Source: Desulfatiglandales bacterium (GTDB lineage: Bacteria; Desulfobacterota; DSM-4660; Desulfatiglandales; HGW-15). From it: DNA of 64,000 nucleotides. Below, piece by piece: positions 10,908 to 22,721 of the stretch (position 1 is its first letter; every line of letters starts with the position of its first letter). The stretch spans positions 3,264,001 to 3,328,000 of the forward strand of contig CAXXJJ010000004.1 of the NCBI GenBank assembly GCA_963667015.2, given 5' to 3'. The translations under genes and the position numbers were made by a program. The notes beneath the pieces were generated by a model that worked only from the letters and a program-made list of their open reading frames with translations, searched no databases and was not told the origin of the DNA.

Positions 10908-11252
10908 TTATGGATAGGCACTAACTAAATCGGATATCTTAATTCCTTCCACCTCGATCTTCATATCCGCGTTCTCTACCATATATCCTTTCATCCGGAA
11001 CGATTCCGGCTCAGGCTTTACCGATAATACCAAACTGAACTCATCTATCTCTCCAAAGATGGAAACTAAAGGCCCCTGGTAATGCTCAACTTTAATTTCA
11101 GCCTCAATCGCATTTTCTTTTTCGGCAACAAGTCCCTTGAATATATATTTTGTATTTCCACCATGTATTCGGCCATCATCAATGACTACCAGGCCCCCGC
11201 CAAACACTTCTATGCTTGATTTAAAAACAATACTGTAGATCCCATTTTCCAT
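10908..11252 (-). CDS. GrlR-family small beta-barrel protein
   Basis: MENGIYSIVFKS...GGGLVVIDDGRIHGGNTKYIFKG resembles the GrlR N-terminal signature. Confidence 0.65.
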   Translation of the reverse strand: MENGIYSIVFKSSIEVFGGGLVVIDDGRIHGGNTKYIFKGLVAEKENAIEAEIKVEHYQGPLVSIFGEIDEFSLVLSVKPEPESFRMKGYMVENADMKIEVEGIKISDLVSAYP

Positions 11253-11350
11253 TATAAATATCCATTCCTTTTTGTGCCCCTGCCCATACAACAGATCTTT
11301 CTGCCAGGGGAAAAATATATGACTTAAATTATTCTATACCTAGTCGGACT

Positions 11351-11407
11351 GATAATGCTGTTCCATTAATTTTTATTGACAATCATTATCAGGTAAGAAT
11401 CATTATC
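11351..11407 (+). promoter_or_regulatory. Fur/PerR-type operator overlapping a TTGACA -35 upstream of perR-katG
   Basis: TTTATTGACAATCATTATC (11372-11390) matches 15/19 of the Fur box; second AATCATTATC at 11398-11407; GATAATG at 11351. Confidence 0.7.
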
Positions 11408-11447
11408 GCTTTACCTATTTTATTAAAAGGAGTATATTTCAGGCATT

Positions 11448-11885
11448 ATGACCGATCATAAAATACGTCTGGAAACAATGATTCAAAAAATGCGGGAAAA
11501 GGGATTAAGAATCACGCCCCAGCGTATTGCAATCCTGAGAGTTCTTTCAATAAGCAAAGGGCATCCGAGCGTTGAAGACATACATGAGCAGGTAAAAATG
11601 ATCTTTCCTACAACAAGCGTTGCAACCGTTTATAAAAACGTTTCCATGTTGAAGGAACTCGGTGAAGTACTTGAATTAAGTTTCGGTGCCGAAAGTAGCA
11701 GATATGACGGAAACAAAACAGCTCCCCATCCACACCTGATCTGCACCCTGTGCAAAAAAATAATTGACCCTGACCTGGATAGTTTAAAGGATGTATCCAG
11801 AGAACTGATAAATGAGACCGGTTTCAGGATTACAAGTCATAGATTGGATTTTTTTGGAATTTGTCCTGAATGTCAGGGCAAATAA
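11448..11885 (+). CDS. perR: Fur-family regulator, PerR-like
   Basis: GLRITPQR, HPSVEDI, ATVYK, HPHLICTLC, GICPEC; directly upstream of katG. Confidence 0.85.
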   Translation: MTDHKIRLETMIQKMREKGLRITPQRIAILRVLSISKGHPSVEDIHEQVKMIFPTTSVATVYKNVSMLKELGEVLELSFGAESSRYDGNKTAPHPHLICTLCKKIIDPDLDSLKDVSRELINETGFRITSHRLDFFGICPECQGK

Positions 11886-11979
11886 CTTCCAGCCGATTCA
11901 AACCAGGATTTTGACACCTATTATTAAGAACACTTAACCGTCTTTTCGCAATGCTTTAACAGAAACATCAATTGTCTAA

Positions 11980-14229
<2,250 letters not shown>

Positions 14230-14290
14230 TACAAGCGTGGCAACCTTCAAGGTTTTCTGCCTCATCATAAATCAGTTCCCACATTACCTT

Positions 14291-14330
14291 CCGGTTTCAG
14301 CCTTTTCGATAACATCTCTGCTGAAACCGG
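14291..14330 (+). terminator. Inverted repeat downstream of katG
   Basis: CCGGTTTCAGC-N18-GCTGAAACCGG; no clear U-tract. Confidence 0.45.
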
Positions 14331-14443
14331 TAGTTCAAATAAGAATATCAGAAAAATAGAGTTTATCTGTTAACCGGTCAAAATGATATTTTCATCTCCT
14401 GATACCATCCTTTAAAATTCCACAGTACAAGAATTGTTAAATA

Positions 14444-14460
14444 AGGCATTGAATTTGCAT
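14444..14460 (+). promoter_or_regulatory. Possible sigma54 -24/-12 promoter
   Basis: AGGCATTGAATTTGCAT, GG-N10-GC spacing, about 200 bp upstream of the bEBP gene. Confidence 0.4.
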
Positions 14461-14660
14461 AATTAATATAGTGATAAGTATGTGATACCTGACATGCTCA
14501 GGCGCAAACATACTTTAGTTAGTTTCATTTAATTATAGCTTATTTTTAAAATATTAGATTAACCCTTCTTATTACAAGGGTGTAGAATACATTCTGACGC
14601 TTAGGGTTAAATTTCCAGGCTGTTTTCATAGCATAATTTTTATTGGATATAATTAAAATC

Positions 14661-16079
14661 ATGTACAAAATCTTAATTATTGATGATGATAAGAGTATCT
14701 GTCATGTCCTTTCATGCTTTATTCGGGCAACGGGCTATGAAGTATCTATTGCCAATACACTAAATGAAAGCAGAAACCTGATCAGAACCAACGAATATGA
14801 TCTTGTTCTGCTTGACCTCGACCTTCCTGATGGAAACGGCCTGGATGAGCTGCCCCATATCCTTGAGACGGCTTCAAGCCCTGAAGTGATCATAATTACC
14901 GGATCAGATGACATAAACTGTGCCGAACTGGCCTTTAAATCCGGGGCATGGGATTATATCCAGAAACCCTTTTTATTACACGATGTTTCACTTCCAATTG
15001 CCAGGGCACTGCAATACCGCCAGGAAAAGAAAATAGTTAATACACCATTAATATTGAGGCAAAGTGGCATCATAGGATCATCCACTGCAGTTAATAATTG
15101 TTATAAAAATGTTGCATTTGCCTCTGTATCTGATGCAAGTGTTCTCATATCAGGCGAAACAGGGACAGGCAAGGAACTCTTTGCACGTGCCATACATCAT
15201 AACAGTAAGCGTGCTAAAGGAAACTTCTGTATTATCGATTGTGCAGCACTCCCTGAGACCCTTGCAGAAAGCATCTTATACGGACATGAAAAAGGCGCAT
15301 TTACAGGTGCTGAAGGACGAAAAGACGGCCTTGTCATCCAGTCAGAGGGAGGCACCCTTTTTCTGGACGAAATCGGTGATCTCCCGCTTGGCATACAAAA
15401 AACCTTTCTTCGCTGTCTCCAGGAAAAAAGGGTTATGCCCCTGGGAGCAAAAAAGGAAGTCGATGTTGATTTCAGGCTTGTTGCCGCCACAAATCGCAAT
15501 CTGAAAGAACTGGTGAACAAGGGCTTGTTCAGGGAAGACCTCCTTTACCGAATCAGCGCATTAACCCTGAAGCTTCCTCCCCTGAGAGAAAGGGGTAAGG
15601 ACATAGAGGAAATAACCCTGGAAAAACTGCACCAGCTTTCCACCAAATATGGTATCGGTACAAAGGGTGTTTCCCAGGACTTTTTTAACATCCTGAACCT
15701 GCAAAAATGGACTGGAAACGTACGGGAATTAATAAATGTAATAGAATACTCCCTTGCCTCTGCAGGAGAGGACCCAACACTGTTTCCCAAACATCTTCCT
15801 CCCGAATACCGGACTGCCCCATTGCTGGTAAAATCACGAAACAGGAAAAGAACAGATGACCCGGTTTTTGAATCTTTGCACCATGAAGCAAGCCTTTCTA
15901 CCCTTTCCGAATACAGGGAAAAAACAGAAAAAAATTATCTTCTTGAGCTGCTAAACAGGGTAAATGGAGACAGAATAGAGGCCTGCCGCCTGTCAGGGAT
16001 TTCACAGTCCAGACTTTACGGACTCCTTAAAAAACACCGTATTTCCGGTTTCAGCCAGAATCACGCCATGACCGCCTAA
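14661..16079 (+). CDS. Sigma54-dependent response regulator (NtrC family)
   Basis: Receiver domain (LIIDDD, LLDLDLPD), GETGTGKE, GAFTGA, LFLDEIG, C-terminal Fis-type HTH. Confidence 0.95.
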   Translation: MYKILIIDDDKSICHVLSCFIRATGYEVSIANTLNESRNLIRTNEYDLVLLDLDLPDGNGLDELPHILETASSPEVIIITGSDDINCAELAFKSGAWDYIQKPFLLHDVSLPIARALQYRQEKKIVNTPLILRQSGIIGSSTAVNNCYKNVAFASVSDASVLISGETGTGKELFARAIHHNSKRAKGNFCIIDCAALPETLAESILYGHEKGAFTGAEGRKDGLVIQSEGGTLFLDEIGDLPLGIQKTFLRCLQEKRVMPLGAKKEVDVDFRLVAATNRNLKELVNKGLFREDLLYRISALTLKLPPLRERGKDIEEITLEKLHQLSTKYGIGTKGVSQDFFNILNLQKWTGNVRELINVIEYSLASAGEDPTLFPKHLPPEYRTAPLLVKSRNRKRTDDPVFESLHHEASLSTLSEYREKTEKNYLLELLNRVNGDRIEACRLSGISQSRLYGLLKKHRISGFSQNHAMTA

Positions 16080-16191
16080 AATTAGATTTACTAAACTCTC
16101 CTGTCTTAATTTATGCAGTCCCTGAATATTATATTCTTCAATTCTGCTGAATTCTCACCCGCAGTAATCCACCGGTTTTTGTTATTTCCCG

Positions 16192-16231
16192 TTTCCTGAA
16201 AACAGGAAAACAACTTTCCTGTTTTTAGGAA
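16192..16231. promoter_or_regulatory. Tandem palindromes, candidate enhancer (UAS) for a sigma54 activator
   Basis: TTTCCTG-AAAA-CAGGAAA (16192-16209) and TTCCTG-TTTT-TAGGAA (16216-16231), centres 23 bp apart. Confidence 0.6.
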
Positions 16232-16312
16232 TAATCTCTATAGAAATATTCATCATTCTTCAACAATCACCCTATCTCACTGATTTAATTGCTATTATTT
16301 TTCATTCCCTTT

Positions 16313-16329
16313 TTGGCACATAACATGCT
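16313..16329 (+). promoter_or_regulatory. Sigma54 -24/-12 promoter of the chemotaxis operon
   Basis: TTGGCACATAACATGCT, TGGCAC with GG-N10-GC spacing, about 70 bp before the 16398 ORF. Confidence 0.7.
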
Positions 16330-16397
16330 TATATGATTTTATAACTGTTTAATTTATTGATTGGAACCATTTTTATGCATCAGGAAAATCAGTCAAA

Positions 16398-16805
16398 ATG
16401 AACATAGTATTGTACACAAGCAGCATAGATAAAAAAATTGAGAAAAGACTCCTTGATAAAATCACCTCGGATTTTTCATGTGAGGAGATAGAGGTCTATA
16501 ACAACATAGCTGATTTCAAAAGGAAGATTTACAGTTTTCCAAGAAAAATGGATGTAGTGATTGTCCTCGCCCTTGAAAATTCTCAGTTATCCGACTTGCT
16601 GCAATACAAGGATGCACTTGACGGTCTTGAAATAATTTTAATCCTGCCGGATCAGAATAAAGATACGGTATCAAAGGCTATGTGCTTTTATCCACGTTTC
16701 CTTGCATATACTGACAGTAACTTTGGTGATGTTTCAGAGGTTCTTGTAAAACTGCGTATAAAACGCGGTTATGGAAATACCCATGCAAACAAGCATGTCG
16801 CATGA
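16398..16805 (+). CDS. Hypothetical protein, degenerate receiver-like fold
   Basis: alpha/beta pattern MNIVLY...DVVIVLA...IILILPD...YPRFL; first gene after the sigma54 promoter. Confidence 0.6.
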   Translation: MNIVLYTSSIDKKIEKRLLDKITSDFSCEEIEVYNNIADFKRKIYSFPRKMDVVIVLALENSQLSDLLQYKDALDGLEIILILPDQNKDTVSKAMCFYPRFLAYTDSNFGDVSEVLVKLRIKRGYGNTHANKHVA

Positions 16806-17133
16806 AAATTTAAATAAATCTGAAAGGAAAAGTATGCCACAAAAACCCCCAAAAAACACAGAGGCAAGCCTTTATAACCCGGGAGAAATGCTGACGGTAA
16901 ACCGCATATCTGCAATACGTGAAAGTATACTCGGCTTACTTTCTGAAAAAAATGAGCTTAACCTTGATCTCAAAGATATCAAGGAATGTGACACAGCCGG
17001 AATACAGATCCTGGTTTCATTAAAAAAATATGGGCGTCAGCAGGGAAAGGCACTCTCGATCATAAATGAGACCGAACCGGTCGTTAATGAAGCTCTTGTG
17101 CTTGGATTTTATCCGGAAGATCTGTTCGTATAA
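16771..17133 (+). CDS. STAS domain protein
   Basis: LNLDLKDIKECDTAGIQILVSL; true start may be further downstream. Confidence 0.85.
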   Translation: MEIPMQTSMSHENLNKSERKSMPQKPPKNTEASLYNPGEMLTVNRISAIRESILGLLSEKNELNLDLKDIKECDTAGIQILVSLKKYGRQQGKALSIINETEPVVNEALVLGFYPEDLFV

Positions 17134-17145
17134 AGGGGACTGGAA

Positions 17146-17511
17146 ATGTCAAAAACAATAATGACTGTTGATGATTCTGCAAGTATGAGACAGATGATAA
17201 CTTTCACTCTAAAGAAAGAGGGTTATGAAGTGCTGGAGGCTGTTGACGGTGAAGATGCTATTCGAAAAATAGAAGGAAAAGAAGTTCATCTGACAATTAC
17301 AGACCTCAATATGCCTAACCTGGACGGCATTGGATTAATAAAAAAACTCAAGGCAAAACCGGAACACAAATTCATGCCCATATTGATGCTGACTACTGAA
17401 TCCCAGGACTCTAAAAAACAGGAAGGGAAGGCAGCCGGAGCAGCAGGCTGGGTTGTAAAACCCTTTAAACCTGAACAACTGATAGCGGTAGTGAAAAAAA
17501 TTCTTGGTTGA
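17146..17511 (+). CDS. cheY: Chemotaxis response regulator
   Basis: VDDSASMR, TDLNMPNLDG, MLTTES, WVVKPF. Confidence 0.93.
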   Translation: MSKTIMTVDDSASMRQMITFTLKKEGYEVLEAVDGEDAIRKIEGKEVHLTITDLNMPNLDGIGLIKKLKAKPEHKFMPILMLTTESQDSKKQEGKAAGAAGWVVKPFKPEQLIAVVKKILG

Positions 17512-17525
17512 AAGGCAAAGAATAC

Positions 17526-19604
17526 ATGGACTCATATAAACAGACATATATGGAAGAGGCGTATGAACGCCTGGCAGAATTGGAGTCATCTCTCCTTGAA
17601 CTCGAAAACAATCCTGAAGACATGGATTTAATAGACAGGGTCTTCAGGGCAATGCATACGATAAAGGGATCCGGAGGCATGTTCGGGTTTGATGACATTG
17701 TTTCATTCACCCACAATATTGAAACGGTATTTGACTGCATCAGGGAAGGTAAAATCCCTGTAACAAAAGATATTATTACAAAAACACTTTCAGCCTGCGA
17801 CCAGATTAGGCTGATGGTGGACGAGGAAGCTACAGATAATGAAACCGTCCTTGCGCTGGTTCAATTCTTCGCCGGGCTGCTGCCCGAAGAACCAGGCGAA
17901 AAAACAGGAACCACGCTTTCTGAGGACGATACATTCATTTCTTCAAAAAAAGAGATCAGCTACAGGATAAGGTTTAAACCTCCAATTGAAATATTTGTAA
18001 TGGGAATAAAGCCAAAACTGCTTCTTGATGAGCTGAAGGAGCTGGGGGAAGCCCGGATTGTTCCTCTGACAGATACCGTGCCGCCCCTTGACCAGATTGA
18101 CCCCGAGTCCTGCTATCTATACTGGGACATTTTTCTCACAACCTCAAGAGGAGAAGATGCGATAAGAGACGTCTTTATCTTTATTGAGGATGAGAGTGAG
18201 ATTTCCATAGAAGAAATAGATTCGGAAGACACCGATTATGACGAGGAGTACAATAAACTCGGAGAAATCCTTCTTAAAAAACATGACCTGTCTCCAGAGG
18301 ATCTTGAAAAAACTCTCGCGCGCCAGAGACGCCTGGGAGAACTCCTTGTAGCTTCAGAGGTTATTGCCCCGGAGAAAATACGATCTGCCCTTGAAGAGCA
18401 GACGCATGTAAAACAGCTCCGTGAAAAGAGAAAGAACCAGGCAAAACTGTCTTCGATAAGGGTCGGTTCAGAAAAACTGGATGCGCTTGTTGATCTTGTG
18501 GGTGAACTTGTCACAATACAGGCAAGGCTCCAGCAGTACACAACCAGTGACGAGAGCCAGGAGCTTTTAAATATATCCGAGGAAGTCGAACGTCTTACAA
18601 CCGGCCTCAGGGATAATGCAATGAGCATGAGAATGCTTCCCATCGGTACAACTTTCAATAAATTCAATAGACTGGTCAGGGATCTCTCTCAGAGCCTTGG
18701 AAAGGATGTGACTCTTACAACCTATGGCGGAGATACTGAACTGGATAAAACAGTGATCGAATCCCTGGATGATCCAATGGTCCATATAATCAGGAATTGC
18801 ATTGATCATGGTATTGAATCCCCCGAGGAAAGGGAAAAAACCGGTAAAAACAGGCAGGGGAAAGTGCATCTTTCAGCGAACCACTCCGGTGACAGTGTAA
18901 TTATAAAAATATCCGACGATGGTGCAGGTCTTGACAGTGAGGTAATTCTCATGAAGGCAAGGGATAAGGGAATTATAGGCACTGACACCGAATTAACCGA
19001 AAAGGAAATATTTGCCCTGATTTTCGAACCTGGCTTTTCAACGGCCGAGGAGGTCACAGACGTTTCGGGAAGGGGCGTCGGGATGGATGTAGTCCGGAAA
19101 AACCTTGAAAACCTCCGGGGCACAATTGATATAGAAAGCAAAAAAGGCCATGGCACATCCATTGTCCTGAAACTTCCCCTGACCCTGGCAATTATCGACG
19201 GCCTGCTTGTGGATATCGCAAATGAAAATTATGTGATCCCGCTTTCTACTGTGGAGAAATGTGTTGAAATAACCCGAAAAGAGGCGGACACGGCAAGAGA
19301 AAGAAACATAATAAAGTACATGGGAAAGGCGGTGCCTTATCTGAGCATGCGGGACATCTTTGAAATCCCCGGAGAAAAACCTGAAATCGAAAAAGTTGTA
19401 TTCAATGAAGTAAACGGAGAAATCGTAGGGCTCGCCGTTGACAGGCTTGTTGGACAAAATCAGATTGTTATCAAAAAGATGAGCAGGATTTATGAGGACA
19501 TAAAACATTTTTCAGGGGCTACTATTCTCGGTGACGGAACTGTTGCGCTGGTACTTGATATTCCTCAGATTGTCGATCAGAACAAACATATTTCATTCAA
19601 TTGA
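17526..19604 (+). CDS. cheA: Chemotaxis histidine kinase
   Basis: HPt FRAMHTIKG, IRNCIDHGIE, DDGAGL, SGRGVGMDVV, C-terminal CheW domain. Confidence 0.97.
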   Translation: MDSYKQTYMEEAYERLAELESSLLELENNPEDMDLIDRVFRAMHTIKGSGGMFGFDDIVSFTHNIETVFDCIREGKIPVTKDIITKTLSACDQIRLMVDEEATDNETVLALVQFFAGLLPEEPGEKTGTTLSEDDTFISSKKEISYRIRFKPPIEIFVMGIKPKLLLDELKELGEARIVPLTDTVPPLDQIDPESCYLYWDIFLTTSRGEDAIRDVFIFIEDESEISIEEIDSEDTDYDEEYNKLGEILLKKHDLSPEDLEKTLARQRRLGELLVASEVIAPEKIRSALEEQTHVKQLREKRKNQAKLSSIRVGSEKLDALVDLVGELVTIQARLQQYTTSDESQELLNISEEVERLTTGLRDNAMSMRMLPIGTTFNKFNRLVRDLSQSLGKDVTLTTYGGDTELDKTVIESLDDPMVHIIRNCIDHGIESPEEREKTGKNRQGKVHLSANHSGDSVIIKISDDGAGLDSEVILMKARDKGIIGTDTELTEKEIFALIFEPGFSTAEEVTDVSGRGVGMDVVRKNLENLRGTIDIESKKGHGTSIVLKLPLTLAIIDGLLVDIANENYVIPLSTVEKCVEITRKEADTARERNIIKYMGKAVPYLSMRDIFEIPGEKPEIEKVVFNEVNGEIVGLAVDRLVGQNQIVIKKMSRIYEDIKHFSGATILGDGTVALVLDIPQIVDQNKHISFN

Positions 19605-19714
19605 GATATGGAAATATAAATAAGGGAAGTGCAATGCCCGTTAAATTGAAAAAATTATATAGATTTACAAAAAAATCGTTATTCATAAAAGTATAATGTA
19701 TCAAGGAGAGAAAT

Positions 19715-21988
19715 ATGAAAATCCAGGCAAAAAACATTAGTATCAAATGGCAACTTATGGCGATCTGCATTTTACTGGTCACGGTACCTGTGCTGACGCT
19801 GGGAGTTCTCAGCTATAAGAACACAGAGAAAGAAACCTTTAATCAGATAGAGCAAAGGCTTGAACAGCAGGCCTTGCAGGTAAAAATGCTTGTTGAAAAC
19901 AGCTATAAGGAAATACAGGACAACAAAGCAAGCTCGGACCTGCTGGCAAAGGATATTGTCGGCTCACAGGCAGAGGCCTTATCAAAGTTTTTAAGTGCCT
20001 GGGAAGGTCCGGTTAAGGGGCTTAATGATGTCATCGCATCAATAAAGGTTGGTGAAACAGGGTATATCTGGGTATTGGACTATGAAGGCAAGCTCCTTGT
20101 ATCCAAGGACAAACAGAACATTGGAAATAATCTGTGGAATACGAAGGATGCTGACGGAAACTATATTATGCAGGAAGCAATCTCAACCGGCCGCAATCTT
20201 TCAGCCGGCCAGGTAGCCTATCAGGTTTATCCCTGGAAAAACACAGGGGAAGCCAAGGCAAGGAACAAGATAGCCGCCCTGCTCCATGATGTTGCGCGGA
20301 AAAGGGTTGTGGGGATCAGTGTTTATTTTGATGAACTAGTCGATGAGTCCTATGCAGATAACAAGTTAAACGAACTGAAAAAGAAATTAGCCGAGGTCGT
20401 TGTCGGAAAGTCGGGATATATTTTCATTCTGGATGAAAAGGGTAATTATGTCCTTTCATATAACCGTGAAAGGGATGGAGAAAACATATGGGATGCGAAG
20501 GATATCAACGGCTCTTATTACATACGTGAAATTGTAAAAAAGGCCGCACCCCTAGGCAGTTCGGATACTGCAACAACCTATTACCCCTGGCAGAACACCG
20601 GCGAGACCAGCTCCCGGATGAAGCTTGCAAGCTATGCCTATTTCCCTGAATGGAACTGGGTCATTGCCTCATCCGCCTACCAGGAGGATTTCCTTGACGG
20701 CCTGAACCAGATTTTTAAACTAACAACCATTATCGTCATACTCGCAATCATGGCCGGGTCTCTTGTAGCATATCTGTTTACCTCTGCTTTGACCGGTAAA
20801 ATTAATACCCTTGTATCAAAGCTTAAGAAGGTATCCCTTGGAGATCTGCAGGTTGAGACAGAGGAAGATCCCGGAACAAATGAAATAGGCACCATGACAG
20901 GCGCCCTTGATAAAATGGTCGAAAATCTAAAAGGGACGGCTATGATGGCAGAAGAAATTGCCCAGGGGGATCTTACTGTAGAGGTTAATATCCTGTCTGA
21001 TAAAGATACCCTTGGAAAGGCCCTCTCGTCCATGGTGGAAAAACTTGCCAGGGTGGTAAGTGAAGTAAAAGTTGCAGCCGACAACGTTGCATCGGGCAGC
21101 CAGCAGCTCAGTTCAAGCAGTGAAGAAATGTCACAGGGTGCTACGGAACAGGCATCTTCAGCCGAAGAAGCATCCTCATCAGTTGAAGAAATGGCCTCTA
21201 ATATACGGCAAAACGCTGACAACGCGCAGCAGACAGAAAAGATAGCGATAAAGTCCGCAAGTGATGCAAAGGAAGGCGGAGGCGCCGTGAATGAAACTTT
21301 AACTGCTATGAGGGAAATAGCGGAAAAAATAACCATTATTGAAGAAATAGCCCGCTCCACAGACCTTCTTGCACTTAACGCGGCGATTGAGGCGGCAAGG
21401 GCAGGAGAACATGGAAAGGGTTTTGCAGTTGTGGCATCCGAGGTTCGTAAGCTTGCGGAACGCAGCCAGACAGCCGCAGGCGAGATCAGCAAGCTGTCAT
21501 CCTCGAGTGTTGCAGTTGCAGAAAGCGCGGGAGATATGCTTACGAGACTCGTTCCTGATATTCAGAAGACCGCTGAACTTGTTCAGGAAATAAGCGCTGC
21601 AAGCAATGAGCAGAGCACCGGGGCAGAGCAGATTAACAAGGCAATACAGCAGCTCGATCAGGTAATCCAGCAGAATGCCTCGGTTTCGGAAGAAATAGCC
21701 TCAACATCAGAACAGCTTGCAGCACAGGCAGAACAGCTTCAGGAATCAGTGAGTTTCTTTTCTGTTCATAAAGATGTCGAGGCAAACATGAAAGGCTCAA
21801 TGCAAAAAAGGTCTAATCGCGAAAAGTCCCCAGCAAGGCAGGTTAAAAAGGATGTAAAAAGAAGCACAGCGGTTGGTCTTTATGAACCGGGTGATGACCT
21901 GAGAAAAAACGGCAAAGGTTTTGCTCTGGACATGGGAGATGGAGACATTGTTCAAGATGATTATGACAAGGATTTTGAGAAATATTAA
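19715..21988 (+). CDS. Methyl-accepting chemotaxis protein with two Cache-like modules
   Basis: Two TM helices, HAMP region, [35 protein letters not shown]-terminal DFEKY. Confidence 0.96.
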   Translation: MKIQAKNISIKWQLMAICILLVTVPVLTLGVLSYKNTEKETFNQIEQRLEQQALQVKMLVENSYKEIQDNKASSDLLAKDIVGSQAEALSKFLSAWEGPVKGLNDVIASIKVGETGYIWVLDYEGKLLVSKDKQNIGNNLWNTKDADGNYIMQEAISTGRNLSAGQVAYQVYPWKNTGEAKARNKIAALLHDVARKRVVGISVYFDELVDESYADNKLNELKKKLAEVVVGKSGYIFILDEKGNYVLSYNRERDGENIWDAKDINGSYYIREIVKKAAPLGSSDTATTYYPWQNTGETSSRMKLASYAYFPEWNWVIASSAYQEDFLDGLNQIFKLTTIIVILAIMAGSLVAYLFTSALTGKINTLVSKLKKVSLGDLQVETEEDPGTNEIGTMTGALDKMVENLKGTAMMAEEIAQGDLTVEVNILSDKDTLGKALSSMVEKLARVVSEVKVAADNVASGSQQLSSSSEEMSQGATEQASSAEEASSSVEEMASNIRQNADNAQQTEKIAIKSASDAKEGGGAVNETLTAMREIAEKITIIEEIARSTDLLALNAAIEAARAGEHGKGFAVVASEVRKLAERSQTAAGEISKLSSSSVAVAESAGDMLTRLVPDIQKTAELVQEISAASNEQSTGAEQINKAIQQLDQVIQQNASVSEEIASTSEQLAAQAEQLQESVSFFSVHKDVEANMKGSMQKRSNREKSPARQVKKDVKRSTAVGLYEPGDDLRKNGKGFALDMGDGDIVQDDYDKDFEKY

Positions 21989-21995
21989 TAGAGCC

Positions 21996-22017
21996 ACCCC
22001 ACCGAAAACGGTGGGGT
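21996..22017 (+). terminator. GC-rich hairpin between mcp and cheW (terminator or stabiliser)
   Basis: ACCCCACCG-AAAA-CGGTGGGGT; no U-tract. Confidence 0.5.
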
Positions 22018-22074
22018 ATCAGGCTGAATCCTGTCATATGAAATTAAAATGGTTCATACGAGGATAAAACTACC

Positions 22075-22602
22075 ATGGATGTATCAACAAATATTGAAGG
22101 GATATCACAGTATCTCTCTTTTCACCTGGGAGAAGAATTATTTGCCATTGAAGTATCCCGTGTAAGAGAGATCCTTGAATTCATAAGAATAACGCCTGTT
22201 CCAAGCGCCCCGGAATATTTAAAAGGCATTATCAATGTGCGGGGCAGTGTTGTCCCTGTTATAAACCTGCATTGTAAGCTGGGACTGCCAGAATCTGAGA
22301 GGGGCATTCATTCAAGGATAATTGTAACCGAGCTGCCGCTGGGAGATGAAAATATTGTCCTGGGAGTAATTGCCGACTCGGTAAATGAAGTCGTTGATTT
22401 AAGAGAAGGAGATATTGATGCCCCTCCCAGGATAGGGAACAAATACCATGCATTGACTAAAGGTATTGCAAACAGGGAAAATAATTTCATTATAATTCTT
22501 GATGTCGATAATATATTTTCAAATAACAGGACAAAAACTGACCAGGGCATACCGTCTGACATTGATGAGGATATGACAGAAATGGAAGCAGCGGTCATTT
22601 GA
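22075..22602 (+). CDS. cheW: Chemotaxis coupling protein
   Basis: YLSFHLGEELFAI, KGIINVRGSVVPVINL, GVIADSVNEV. Confidence 0.95.
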   Translation: MDVSTNIEGISQYLSFHLGEELFAIEVSRVREILEFIRITPVPSAPEYLKGIINVRGSVVPVINLHCKLGLPESERGIHSRIIVTELPLGDENIVLGVIADSVNEVVDLREGDIDAPPRIGNKYHALTKGIANRENNFIIILDVDNIFSNNRTKTDQGIPSDIDEDMTEMEAAVI

Positions 22603-22647
22603 TTTTATAATTATAAACCCTGCCGCAGAAGGAATCATTCCTCTGAC

Positions 22648-22675
22648 TTGACTTTCCACCCTTCATTTATATAGT
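22648..22675 (+). promoter_or_regulatory. Sigma70-type promoter of the HAD gene
   Basis: TTGACT-N16-TATAGT. Confidence 0.5.
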
Positions 22676-22707
22676 GTTCATCCATAAAATATTTTATGGA
22701 TGAACAC
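22674..22707. repeat. Perfect 34-bp palindrome
   Basis: GTGTTCATCCATAAAAT|ATTTTATGGATGAACAC. Confidence 0.95.
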
Positions 22708-22721
22708 CGGATATTATTATC

